Source: the human T2T-CHM13v2.0 reference genome, Homo sapiens | DNA: 64,000 bases | Strand: one strand, 5' to 3' | Assembly: GCF_009914755.1 (NCBI RefSeq) | Contig: NC_060928.1 | In this document: one piece after another, positions 37,621-50,135 of the stretch | How the letters are laid out: the number at the start of each line of letters is the position of its first letter | Position numbering within the stretch: position 1 is the stretch's first letter | Position numbers and translations under genes: made by a program | The notes under the pieces: generated by a model | Database searches by the model: none | Told to the model about the DNA's origin: nothing | The model's input: the letters and a program-made list of their open reading frames with translations, nothing else

Positions 37621-38509
37621 TTAGTTGACTGATCACCATATAGAACATTTTTGCTTCTTTAAGATGCTGTGAGCCTGAATACAGGTACTTTTGGTTTGGG
37701 TTAAGGAAGAAATTTTTTTATTAAGTAAAGAAAGAGTAAGGTAATTGTAATAGTTGATACTAGTAGAAAATATTTCCATAGCATTAGTATATTCCAGCAT
37801 TGTTCCAAGAGCTGTGCATTGATCTGTGAGTAAGTATTTCATCTACCCCCACCTTCATCCTCAAAGACTTGTGAATCCTCTATATTTTCCACATTCGGCC
37901 TAAAATATTTTCCAGCAGTCTTCTAATAAGACATATAATTTGGGGAGGATATTTATTTCAGCTGTTTAGCTTCATGGCTTTTCTCATGTGATTGTTTGAA
38001 AGAAGTCAAATTCCTCCCTTCTTTATACCATTCCTCCCCACCCTTTCTTTTGGCCATCTTGCCAATTTCCTTCCTCCTCTCCTTGCTCCCAGCTATAGAC
38101 TTCTCTGACATCACTGCAGCACACTGCCATGAGGGAGGAGCAGGTACTGATAAGGTTTTATCAGAAACTTTTTCTTATTTCCACATGCAGTATGTGTTGG
38201 ACTCTTTCCTTTCATGGAGTTGGGCAGCTGCTGGTTTCTATGTTCTTCTTTTTAGCTTATCCAACATTTCTTTTTTACTAATCAAGAAGGAGCCATTTTC
38301 CTAAATCTCAATTTTTATTTTCTTTTATTACCAGCACAATTGATTTTCTGTTTGGAGCTTGTTTTCTGAATGAAACACCACTCTCATCCCTTCATGGTTT
38401 ACTCTCAGGGAGCTGTGAACACTAATGAAGGCACTTGCATGGTCTTCCCCCTGTGCTAGGCTCTGTTCTGAGTTCTTTGCATACTGCATGGTAAGGTACA
38501 ATGGGGAGG

Positions 38510-39035
38510 GTACAATTCTTCAGTGGCTTCTCAGATTTCCCCAACCACATCCTTGTCCTTCAACATTCAACTTGCATCTTCTACCTCTCCATTTTGAGAC
38601 TGGGCCAAGGCATGGAATCTAGCTTTCAAAGTGCCTGCCAAGGGACCAGATGATGCTATTGGTAGTAGAAAGGAGTTAGCTCTCTGCAAAGTGAACATTG
38701 GCCACTGGAAGTCAGAGGCAAAAAGGAGCCAGACAGATACGTTCTCTTCCTTTCTATCTTTTGTGGGCTGCTTTAAGATACAGCAACTCTTTGCAACCCT
38801 CCCACAAAAATACCATTGAAGTCCTGTGTGTGGAAAGAACACCTGCTGAGCAATGCACTGTCTTCTTAGCTGCTTGTTAAGTAACCAGCATAGAACACAT
38901 CACAATGCATTTCATTGTACCTCCATTTCCCTTCTACCCTCACTGTCTCCACCTTAGGCTGGGAATCCCACATAAATTATTCTTAACATAATCTTTGTTT
39001 CCAGATAATCTTTCTAGAGGACTCCAGCTAAGATC
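38510..39035 (+). mobile_element. Ancient ERVL/MaLR LTR (family uncertain)
   Basis: Ends ...ataaattattcttaacataatctttgtttccag...ctttctagaggactccagctaaga, resembling ERVL LTR 3' termini. Confidence 0.4.
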
Positions 39036-41827
39036 TGTACATGAACAAATTTAATTCTCATGAAAACTCTACAAAGTAGATAACTAGTAGTGTTTCTTAT
39101 GTGTCATAAATCTTTGGCAGTTGTTTGGGAAATGTAGAAACTGTTGAAACTGAATTCCAAGAGTTTGTTGTAAGTGTGGTAAGCCTCGCATTTACTTTCA
39201 TAAAATGTATATGTTGGCACGCACATTCAACAACCGATAGGGTAATCATATTTTCTGGTCTAAGCATTAGGAAGTATGGCCTGACATACGACGCGGCTCT
39301 CAGTACTTCTTCCATGCTAGATGAAAAGTGACCCAGGAAATCTGAGACACATGGTTATAGTACATACATGAAAGTATGTACTATATACTGCATGGTTATA
39401 GTACATACATATATTATGAAAGCAAGTGGATGCAAGGAAAAAGGTCTGAAAGAATTTCTTTACAGAGCTTTTTGTCAGAATAAGGTTGACTCTCCCCATT
39501 TGACCTTCAACTCCCAGGAAGCCTGGGCTTAACTGCTTTGATTTACTCCCATAATAAGGTGATCGATTAATGTGAAAGGCCAGCTTTATGAGGCCTGTCC
39601 GGGAATGGTGCTGGAGACTGCTGTAGTGAGAGAGTTATACTGCCACTACTCTAAAAAAGGTCATTGGAAAAGAATCAAAGACAGCATAAATGATGGTTTA
39701 CACATCAAAAATCTCTCTGTAAAACAGACAGAAAATGTTGAACTTAATACCTCTTAGGGTTTGGTGCAGAGGTTGTGTAGTAAATATAGTTTGAGTTGTT
39801 GCTGTATACATTCTCTTATTGTCAAAAATTATGTTATTTGAAGCCCATCATTGAGGGACCGTTCTTATGATTAAATGAGAGGGCCCTGGAAAAGCCTAAT
39901 ATGTTACTGGCTAGAATTCATTTCACTGTCATTAGGGTCTGTCATAGCTGTTTCATTACCCTGATGGCCAGTTGTTGGGGTCAAAGTTCAAGATGGCCGT
40001 TCTTTTTCAAAACTAGATATTTAAAGTAAGACAGCCACATTGAAGAGGAGCTCAGTTAGAGAGTATCTTGACTTTATCCTTTGGCCTTCACTGGCAACGG
40101 AGAAGAGCAGAAGGACTTTTATGTGTGCCTTGCTTTGTCAGGAATGAGAGCAGCCTATTTGCTGTTGGGTCCCCAGGCATAATATTATGTGGGTATGAGT
40201 GTGATGCATGACCATCTGAGAACAGGTGTTAGCTTTCTAAAGCTGGTGTCTCTCCCTGACATCCAAGATCCTCCCAGTCTCTGGGCTTGCCAGGGCCATT
40301 ATTTGTCATTTGTTTAGTTTTCATCTTTCTGAAATAATATGGCAGAGCACAAGACCACAGCTGTGCCTCTTCTCAAATCCTTTCATATTTAGACTTGGTT
40401 TTCATCTGATGAGGAGAAATTCACCATAAAACATCATGTCTTCTGGTGATGGCTAACAGAGCCAAATAGGATGGCAATGTCACCTGGCTTTTAAAGAGGC
40501 TTAAATACTGAAAGGCCAGTTTGCAAGCCTCACATATTTTGTCGCTGACACCAAGCTGGGAAAGAAGCTAAAATATTTTGATCACTGGGTATGGGCATTT
40601 GTGGCAGATGGTCTCTTCAGCAGTATTCCAGTGGGGGGGGGTCAGTGGGGGACAGAGGAGGGTATCCAAATAGAATATATAAAGTCAAAGGGAGAGAAAC
40701 TTGGCCTCATTTTACAAGGTTTTGTGCCAAATCTTGGAACACCCATGCGTCTCCAGTCAAGCAGGGAGAGGTTCCCATTCTGAGCAGAGTGACAGGGATG
40801 ACAGTTCATTTAAACAGTCTGCTGGGTGCATTTGCTGATTTGGAAGCCCAGGACCCAGGGATCCTGAACAGGATGGGAAAATGTGTGTGCCCATATCACT
40901 GGTCATGAAGTGGTGGGCTTCCAGATGGGCCTGCACAAACTCTTGGAAGGAAGAATGTTGACAGAGGCACATGCCTATGTAAAAGGCTTTGAGAAATGCA
41001 GCCAAAAAAAGAGCTGAATCATCTGACTTCACCTTAGGTGACTTTGCATAGGACTAAAATCCCCAGCACAGCTCCATGTCTCAAGACCTGGATGCAGCCG
41101 GCCAGCTGGCTGGTTGGCAGTGGTCCAGAGACTGAGTTGCCTGGATGATTTGGCCCCACCCTACTCCTACCAAACAACCATTATGATAATGCAGATGCAC
41201 TCAGAAAAAGCATGGGTCACCACAAGCTACAAAGTAGAGCTGGGGCTCTTTGAGGTCACAGGACTCTGCCAATTCCAACTTACCTGGGTTTTCTGTCTTG
41301 ATGTTATTTATGTATTTGCCAAGAAACAGCGGCTTTACTGTAAAAACTCTTGGGCAGAAGCAGCCAAATTATTTTTCCCAAGAGTCCAATAGGTACAGAA
41401 GTTGACGTTGTGGGAAGGCCAGAAAATGGAATCAGTGCCATTGTAATGGCCCACCGTGGCCTACTGGGCCTCCTTGGTTGAACACGTCTTTCCCATACAG
41501 CTTCTTTGACTGGTAAACTTGGATTATCCTCTGTTGGTTCAGATAGCAGAGGCCATGATGAAGCCTCTTATGGGTCGGGGTTGTGAGACATGACACATTT
41601 AGTACCTATATGATGGCCAACTCAGGATATGATTAGCTCAGGTGATATAGGCTGGTGCAAAAGTAATTGCAGTTTTTGCATTGTGGAAATTTGCTGTTTG
41701 ATATTGGATTACATTCTTAAATAAATGTGGTTATATTATACATCATTTTAATGCACATTTATCACTTTATGTATTTGTTTTGCAAATGACTTATTACTTG
41801 ATGTTTATTTTATATTTATTTTTGACT

Positions 41828-42853
41828 ATGGAAATGATGTTAGACAAAAAGCAAATTTGAGTGATTTTCTTATTCGAGTTCAAAAATGGGTTGTAAAGCA
41901 GTGGAGACAACTCACAACATCAGCAACATATTTGGCCCAGGAACTGCTAATGAACGTACAGTGCAGTGATCGTTCAAGAAGTTTTACAAAGGAGACGAGA
42001 GACTTGAAGATGAGGAGCGTAGTAGCCAGCCACAAGAAGTTGACAACGACCAATTGAGAGCAATCATTGAAGTTGATCCTCTTACAACTACATGAGAAGT
42101 TGCCCCAAAACTTAATATCAACCATTCTATGGTCATTCAGCATTTGAAGCAAATTGGAAAGAAAAAAGCTTGATAAGTGGGTGCCTCGTGAACTAAGTGA
42201 AAAAAAAATCATTGTTTTGAAGTGTTGTATTCTCTTATTCTATGCAACAACATGAACTATTTCTTGATCAAATTGTGACATGCAATGAAAAGTGGATTTT
42301 ATATGATAACTGGCGATGGCCAGCTCAGTGGTTGCACCGAGAAGAAGTTCCATAGCACTTCTCAAAGCCAAACCTGCACCAAAAAAAAAGGTCATGGTCA
42401 CTGTTCGGTGGTCTGCTGCTGATCTGGTCCACTACAGCTTTTTGAATCCTAGCAAAATCATTACATCTGAGAAGTATGCTCAGCAAATCAATGAGATGCA
42501 CCAAAAACTCTACTGCCTAAAACCAGCATTGGTTAACAGAAAGGACCCAATTCTTCTCCATGACAACGTCTGACTGCATGCTGCACAGCCAACACAAAAA
42601 GTTGAAGGAATTGGGCTACAAAGTTTTGCCTCATCTACCATATTCACCAGACCTCTGGCCAACTGGCTATCACTTCTTCAAGCATCTCAAAAATATTTTG
42701 CAGGGAAAACACTTCCACAATGAGCAGGATGCAGAAAATGCTTTCTAAGAGTTTGTCAAATCCCAAGGCATGGATTTTTATGCTACAGGAATAAACAAAC
42801 TTACTTCTCATTGGCAAAAATGTGTTGATTGTAATGGTTCCTATTTTGATTGA
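41828..42853 (+). pseudogene. Hsmar1 transposase pseudogene (stops and frameshifts)
   Basis: Starts MEMMLDKKQI then stop; remnants of WVPxEL, IVTCNEKW, KKVMVTVRWS, ILLHDN, LPHLPYSPDL and WQKCVDCNGSYFD match Hsmar1 transposase. Confidence 0.95.
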
Positions 42854-43191
42854 TAAAGATGTGTTTGAGCCTAGTTATAATGATTTAAAATTCATCGTCC
42901 AAAACTGCAATTAGACCAGAACAGGTGCTGGTATCCAAAGCTGAGAGACCCATAGACAGTTCACATCATAGGACTCTGTGCAGACAACCCCCAGCACCAG
43001 CCCAGAGCTGGGTAGACTCACTGGGTGGCTAGACCCAGAAGAGAGACAACAATCACTACAGTTCAGCTCACAGAAAGCCACATCTGTAGGAAAAGGGGGA
43101 GAGTACTACATCAAGGTAACACCCTGTGGGACAAAAGAATTTGAACAATAGCCTTCAGCCTTAGACCTTCCTTCTGACAAAGCCTACCCAA

Positions 43192-44165
43192 ATGAGAAGA
43201 AACTAGAAAACCAACTGGTAGTATGACAAAATGAAACTCTTCAACACTCCCAAAAAATCACGCTAGTTCACCAGTAATGGATCCAAACCAAGAAGAAATT
43301 CCTGATTTATCTGAAAAAGAATTTAGAAGGTTAGTTATTAAGCCAATCAGGGAGGGACCAGAGAAAGGCAAAGGCCAATGCAAGGAAATCCAAAAAATGA
43401 TACAAAAAGTGAAGGGAGAAATATTCAAGGAAATATATAACTTAAAGAAAAAAACAATCAAAAATTCAGGGAACTTTGGATACACTTTTAGAAATGCAAA
43501 ATGCTCTGGAAAGTCTCAGCGATAGAATTGAACAAGTAGTAGAAAGAAATTCAGAGCTCGAAGACAAGGTCTTTGAATGAACCCAATCGAACAAAGACAA
43601 AGAAAAACGAATAAGAAAAAATGAACAAAGCCTCCAAGAAGCCTGGGGTTATGTTAAATGACCAAACCTAAAAATAATTGGTGTTCCTGAGGAAGAAGAG
43701 AATTCTAAAAGCTTGGAAAACACATTTGGGTGAATAACCGAGGAAAACTTTCCCAGCCTTGCTGGAGACCTAGACATCCAAATACAAGAAGTGAAAAGAA
43801 TACCCAGGAAATTCATCACAAAAAGATCATCACCTAGGCACATTGTCATCAGGTTATCCAAACTTAAGATGAAGGAAAGAATCTTTAGAACTGTGAGACA
43901 GAAGCACCAGGTAAGCTATAAAGGAAAACCTATCAGATTAACAGCAGATTTCTCAGCAGAAACCCTATAAGCCAGAAGGGATTGGGGACCCATCTTCAGC
44001 CTCCTCAAACAAAACAATTATCAGCCAAACATTTTGTATCCAGCAAAACTAAGCATCATATATGAAGAAAAGGCATGGTCTTTCTCAGACAAACAAATGC
44101 TGAGAGAATATACCATTAGCAAGCCACAACTGCAAGAACTGCTGAAAGAGCTCTAAATCTTGAAA
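43192..44165 (+). pseudogene. L1 ORF1 remnant
   Basis: MDPNQEEIPDLSEKEFRRLVIK...; later PRHIVIRL and YKGKPIRLTADFSAETL motifs; multiple stops. Confidence 0.9.
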
Positions 44166-44290
44166 GCAATTCCTGGAAACACAACAAAACAGAAATCACA
44201 CAGAACCTATAAAACAAAAATAGAAGTTAAAAAAGCAAAAACAACCAAAAAAAAAAAAAACCCCAAAGTACACCAGCAACAAAGAGCACG

Positions 44291-47200
44291 ATGAGTGAAA
44301 TAGTGCCTCACATTTCAATACTAACACTGAATGTAAATGGTCTAAATGCTCCACTTAAAACTTACAGAACAGCAGAATGGATAAGAACTCACCAGCCAAC
44401 CATTTGCTGCCTTCAGGAGACTCACCTAACAAACAAGGACTCCCATAAACTTAAAGTAAAGGGGTGGAAAAAGGCATTTCATGCAAATGGACACCAAAAG
44501 CAAACAGGGGTAGATATATCAGACAAAACAAACTTTAAAGCAACAGCAGTTAAAAGAGACAAAGAGGGACATTATATAATGGTAAAAGGCCTTGTCCAAC
44601 AGGAAAATATCACAATCCTAAACATATACGCACCTAACACTGGAGCTCCCAAATTTATAAAGCAATTACTAATAGACCTAAGAAATGAGATGACAGCAAC
44701 ACAGTAATAGTGGGGGACTTCAGTACTCCACTGACAGCACTTAGACAAGTCATCAAGACAGAAAATCAACAAAGAAACAATGGATTTAAACTATACATTG
44801 AAACAAATGGACTTAACAGATATATACAGAATATTTCATCCAATAACCACAGAATACACATTCTATTCAACAGTGCATGGAACTTTCTCTAAGGTAGAGC
44901 ACATGAAAGGCCATAAAACAAGTCTCAATAAATTTAAGAAAACTGAAATTATATCAAGCCTTCTCTCAGACCACAGTGGAATAAAACTGGAAATCAGCTT
45001 CAAGAGGAAAGTTCAAAACCATGCAAATACATGGAAATTAAATAACCTACTCCTGAATGATCACTGGGTCATAAATGAAATCAAAATGGAAATTAAAATT
45101 TTTTTGAACTGAATGACCATAATGATACAACTTATCAAAACCTCTGGGATACAGCAAAGGTGGTGCCAAGAGGAAAATTCATAGCCCTAAATGCCTACAT
45201 CAGAAAGACTGAAAGAGCACAAACTGACACTCTAAAGTCATACCTCAAGGAACTAGAGAAACAAGAAGAAACCAAACTCAAACCCAGCAAAAGAAAGGAA
45301 ATAACCAAGATCAGAGCAGAACTAAATGAAATTAAAACAAAACAAAAAAACCCACAAAAGATAAATGAAACAAAAAGCTGGTTCTTTGAAAAGAAAAATA
45401 AAATTGACAGACCATTAACAAGATTAACCAAGAAAAAAAAGGAGAGAAAATCCAAATAACCTCACTAACAAACAAAACAGGAGATATTACAAGTGATACC
45501 ACTGAAATACAAAAGATCTTCAAGGTTACTATGAACATATTTACACACATAAACTAGAAAACAGAAGAGATGGACAAATTCCTGGAAAAATACATTTCTT
45601 CTAGTTTAAATCAGGAAGCATTAGATACCCTTAACAGACCAATAACAAACAGCGAGGTTGATAAATTACCAACAAAAAAAAGTCCAGGACCAGATGGATT
45701 CACAGCAGAATTCTACCAGACATTCAAAGAACCAATCCTTTTGACACTATTCCACAACATAGAGAAAGAAGGAACCTTCCCTAATTCATTCTACAAAGCC
45801 AGCATCACCCTAATACCAAAACCAGGAAAGGACATAACCAAAAAAGAAAACTACAGACTGATATCCTTGACGAACATAGATGGTAAAATCCTTAACAAAA
45901 TACTAGCTAACCAAATCCAACAACATATCAAAAAGGTAATCCACCATGATCCAGTGGGTTTCATACCAAGGATGCAGGGATGGTTTCACAAATGCAAGTC
46001 AATAAATGAGATACACCACATAAACAGAATTAAAAACAAAAATCAGATGATCATCTCAATAGATGCAGAAAAAGCATTCGACAAAATCTAGCATCACTTT
46101 ACAATTAAAACTCTCAGCAAAATTGGCATACAAGGGACATACTTTAATGTAATAAAAACCATCTATGACAAACCCACAGCCAATATAACGCTCAACAGGG
46201 AAAAGTTGAAGGAGCTCTAAATCTTGAAGCAAATCCTGGAAACACAGAAAAACAGATGCCCAAGACAAAGATGCCCACTCTCACCACTTCTCTTCAACAT
46301 AGTACCGGAAGTCCTAGCTGGAGCAATCAGACCAGAGAAAGAAATAAAGGGCATTCACATCGATAAAGAGGAAGTCAAACTGTCCCTGTTTGCTGACAAT
46401 ACGATTGTTTACCTTGAAAACCCTAAGGACTCCTCCAGAAAGTTCCTAAAACTGATCAAAGAATTCAGCAAAGTTTCTGGATACAAGATTAATGTACGCA
46501 AATCAGTAGCTCTTCTATACACCAATAATGACCAATGGGAGAATCAAATCAAGAGCTCAACCACTTTTACAATAGCTGAAAATAAAATAAAATAAAATAA
46601 AACAAAGTAAAATAAAATAAAATACTTCAGGAATATACCTAACCAAAGAGTCAAAAGACCTCTACAAGGAAAACTACAAAACACTGCTGAAAGAAATCAT
46701 AGATGACACAAACAAATGGAAACATATCCCATGCTCATGGATGGGTAGACTCAATATTGTGAAAATGACACAATACTGCTAAAAGCAATCTACAAATTCA
46801 ATGCTGTTCTCAACAAAATGCCACTATCATTCTTCACAGAATTAGAAAAAACAATTCTAAAATTCACGTGGAACCAAAAAAGAGCCTGCGTAGCCAAAGC
46901 AAGACTAAGCAAAAAGAACAAGTCTGGAGGTATCACATTACCTGATTTCAAACTATACTATAAGGCCATAGTCACCAAAACAGCATGTAACTGGTATAAA
47001 AATAGACACATAGACCAATGGAACAGAATAAAGAACCCAGAAATAAACCCAAATACTTACAGCCAGCTGATCTTCAACAAAGCAGACAAAAACATAAAGC
47101 GGGGAAAGACACCCTTTTCAACAAATGGTGCTGGGATAATTGGCTAGTCACATGTAGGAGAATGAAACTGGATTGTCATCTCTCACCTTACACAAAAATC

Positions 47201-48018
47201 AACTCAAGATGGACTAAGGACTGAAACGTAAGACCTGAAACTATAAAAATTATAGAAGATAACACTGGAAAAACCCTTCTAGACATTGGCTTATGGAAGG
47301 ATTTCATGACCAAGAACCCAAAAGCAAATGCAACATAAACAAAGATAAATAGCTGGGACCTAATTAAACTAAAGAGCTTTTGCACAACAACAGAAACAGT
47401 CAGCAGAGTAAGCAGACAACCCACACAGTGGAAGAAAATCTTCACCATCTATACATCTGACAAAGGGCTAATATTCAGAATCCACAATGAACTCAAACAA
47501 ATCAGTAAGAAAAAAAAAATCCCATCAAAAAGTGGGCTAAGGACATGAATAGACAATTCTCAAAAGAAGATATACAAATGGTCAACAAACATATGAAAAA
47601 GTGATCAATAAACATGAAAAAAATGCTCAACCTCACTAATGATCAGGGAAACACAAATCAAAATCACAATGCAGTACCACCTACTCCTGCAAGAATGGCC
47701 ATAATCAAAAAATCAAAAAACAGTAGATGTTGGCATGGATGTGGTGAACAGGGAACACTTCTACACTGCTGGTGGGAATGCAAACTAGTACAACCACTAT
47801 GGAAAACAGTATGGAGATTACTTGAAGAACTAAAAATAGAACTACCATTTGATCCAGCAATCCCACGACTGGGTATCTACCCAGAGGAAAAGAAGTCATT
47901 ATTTGAAAAGGATACTTGCACTCGCATGTTGATAGCAGCACAATTCACAATTGCAAAATTGTGGAACCAACCCAAAGGCCCATCAATCAATGAGTGGATA
48001 AAGAAACTGTGCTATATG

Positions 48019-48049
<31 letters not shown>

Positions 48050-48130
48050 GTATATATATATATATATAAGTATATATATATACACATACATATACAACAT
48101 ATATATTATGATGGAATACTATGCAGCCAT
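44291..48130 (+). pseudogene. L1 ORF2 (endonuclease/reverse transcriptase) remnant
   Basis: [62 protein letters not shown] and [12 protein letters not shown] fragments across frameshifted ORFs. Confidence 0.95.
48014..48100. repeat. (TG)n/(TA)n compound microsatellite inside the L1
   Basis: tatgtgtgtgtg...tatatatata... Confidence 0.9.
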
Positions 48131-48482
48131 AAAAGGAATGAATTAACAGCATCTGCAGTGACCTGGATAAGACTGGAAACTATTATTCTAAGGAATGGAA
48201 AACCAAACATCATATGTTCTCACTGTTATGTGGGATCTAAGCTATTAGGACACAAAGGCATAAGAATGACACAATAGACTCTGGGGATGTAGGGGGAAGA
48301 GTGGGAGGGTGGCGAGGGATAAAAGACTACGAATATGGTGCAGCATATACTGCTCGGGTGATGGGTGCACCAAAATCTCATGAATCACTAAAGAACTTAT
48401 GTAACCAAATACCACCTGTACCCCAATAACTTATGGGAAAAAATACAAAAACTGAAATAAAGAAAGAAAAAAGAAAATTCCA

Positions 48483-48533
48483 ACCGGGCACAGTAGCTCA
48501 CACCTGTAATCCCAGCACTTTGGGAGGATCACT
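48483..48533 (+). mobile_element. Alu 5' fragment between the L1 tail and the 3' TSD
   Basis: ccgggcacagtagctcacacctgtaatcccagcactttgggaggatcact followed by a second A-rich tail. Confidence 0.85.
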
Positions 48534-48889
48534 AAAAACAAACAAACCAAAAACAACAACAACAAAAAAAAACCCTGCAATTACTTTTGCACCAACCTTG
48601 AGCAATATCTGTGTGCAAAAACCTGTTCCATTCTTAGGGGAAGAGAAGGGAGGAAGCTGGCTCCCAAGAAGTATAGTGCATATAGTTATCAAAATTGTGA
48701 TTTGCTTTTTTTCTTGACATAAAAAGATCAACTTAAGCTCCAAAGTGATTATTCAGAGCCAGTAGTTTAGAACACCTGACTTGCAGTACCATTTCCCTTA
48801 ACTATACACAAAAAGTGACAGTAAGAGAAAACAAATCAGAAAATGAGGTGTTTTTCTTTGGCACACTCATATAAAGACATGATGGCATA

Positions 48890-49080
48890 TAGTGTATTAC
48901 AGTTTATAATGTGTTTCATGTGCATTTTTATATTTTATCTTTGCAACAAGTATGGGAGCCCAGTTTTACAGATGTGGAAACAGTTTAAAAAGTTCAAGTG
49001 ATTTGCCCAAAGGTAGACAGCTCATGAATGCAGAGCAGGGACACAAAGACATGAATTTACAGTTTCTGAAACAAGGTCTG
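48890..49080 (-). mobile_element. MIR
   Basis: cccagttttacagatgtggaaacag...aagtgatttgcccaaaggtagacagct. Confidence 0.75.
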
Positions 49081-49755
49081 GCATTCTTACTCTTTTTTTA
49101 TTTTTCACAGCTGCCTCACTTATGTAGAGAAAGTGTTAAGTGAGTATCACTGCGAAACCTGTAGATGTTTAACTAGGGAACATTTAAAATGGAAATAGCC
49201 TAGTAGAAATGAGGCTAATTTTCCCTCTTTGAGGAGGCAGGAGTTCACTTAGGAAAAGCTGTACTATTAGCCAGGATGAGTGTAATCTAGAAGGGAGAGG
49301 TCCTTTCTGTTCCTACCTCCCCTATGCTGAAGCAGAGGGGCAACTGGAGGAGATGGTATTTTTGCCAGCCTCTGGCATATATTGTTAATCACATTTTGTT
49401 CTTGTGGTTTTGCGTGTAGGTCCGGGGTAGGAAGTGAGACAGGGGCTTTGAGCTTCTCTGTCCTTACTAAGCTTTCTGATAAAAGCTGCTGGAAAATTGC
49501 AGAAGGGGATGTAACATGTTTAAGTTGTCTTCTATTTTTAAAAATCTTTTTGTGTAATTTCAGACATACAGAAAAGTCACACAAATAGTATGCAGAACTC
49601 CAATATATATGTTTAACCCAGATGTTTACTGTATTTTTTTCCTTTACCCTCTTCCTCTATACATGTACAGATGCACACACATGTCCCTAGGGATATTTTC
49701 TGAACTTTATGAGAGTAAGCTACTGACATAGTGGACTTTTTAATTTATAAATATT

Positions 49756-50135
49756 TGATATAGTTTGAATATTTGTTCCCTCCAAATCTCATGTTGAGAT
49801 GTGAGCCCAGTGTTGGTGGTGGGGCCTGGTGGGAGGAGTTGTGGTAGTCTGGTAGGATCCCTCATGAATGGTTTTGTGCCTTCCCCCAGTAATAAGTGAG
49901 TTCTCACTCTATTAGTTTATGCCAGAGCTGGTTGTTTAAAAAAGCCCGGCTCCTCCTCCTCTCTCTCTTTTGCTCTGTCCAGCATGTGTAAAAGCTTCCT
50001 GAGGTCCTGACGGGAAGCAGGTGCTGGCACCATGCTTCTTGTACAGTCTGCAGAACCGTGAGCCAAAATAAACCTCTTTTCCTTAGATAGTACCCAGCCT
50101 CAGGTATTTATAGCCATCCAAAATTGGCTACTGCA
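49756..50135 (+). mobile_element. MaLR solo LTR (MSTB-like)
   Basis: tgatatagtttgaatatttgttccctccaaatctcatgttg...gcagaaccgtgagccaaaataaacctc...; TSD atatt / atact. Confidence 0.9.

Larger units (their letters stand above)
42914..48477 (+). mobile_element. L1PB1-type LINE-1, near full length (5' UTR truncated)
   Basis: ~280 bp of L1PB-type 5' UTR, ORF1, ORF2, 3' UTR ending ...gtaaccaaataccacctgtaccccaataacttatgg plus A-rich tail; TSD core ctgcaatta at 42905-42913 and 48575-48583. Confidence 0.95.
41647..48598 (+). mobile_element. Full-length Hsmar1 mariner transposon (interrupted by an L1 in the right TIR)
   Basis: Left TIR taggctggtgcaaaagtaattgcagttttt; the body runs to 42913; the right TIR is completed after the L1 (ctgcaattacttttgcaccaacct, 48575-48598). 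Confidence 0.97.

Noticed and set aside
41828-42853. SETMAR gene or an active transposase
   Set aside because: No SET-domain exons, and the ORF has an early stop and several frameshifts; it is a dead Hsmar1 copy.
44291-48130. Novel reverse-transcriptase system (retron/DGR-like)
   Set aside because: All RT and endonuclease motifs belong to a decayed L1 ORF2 in standard L1 architecture.
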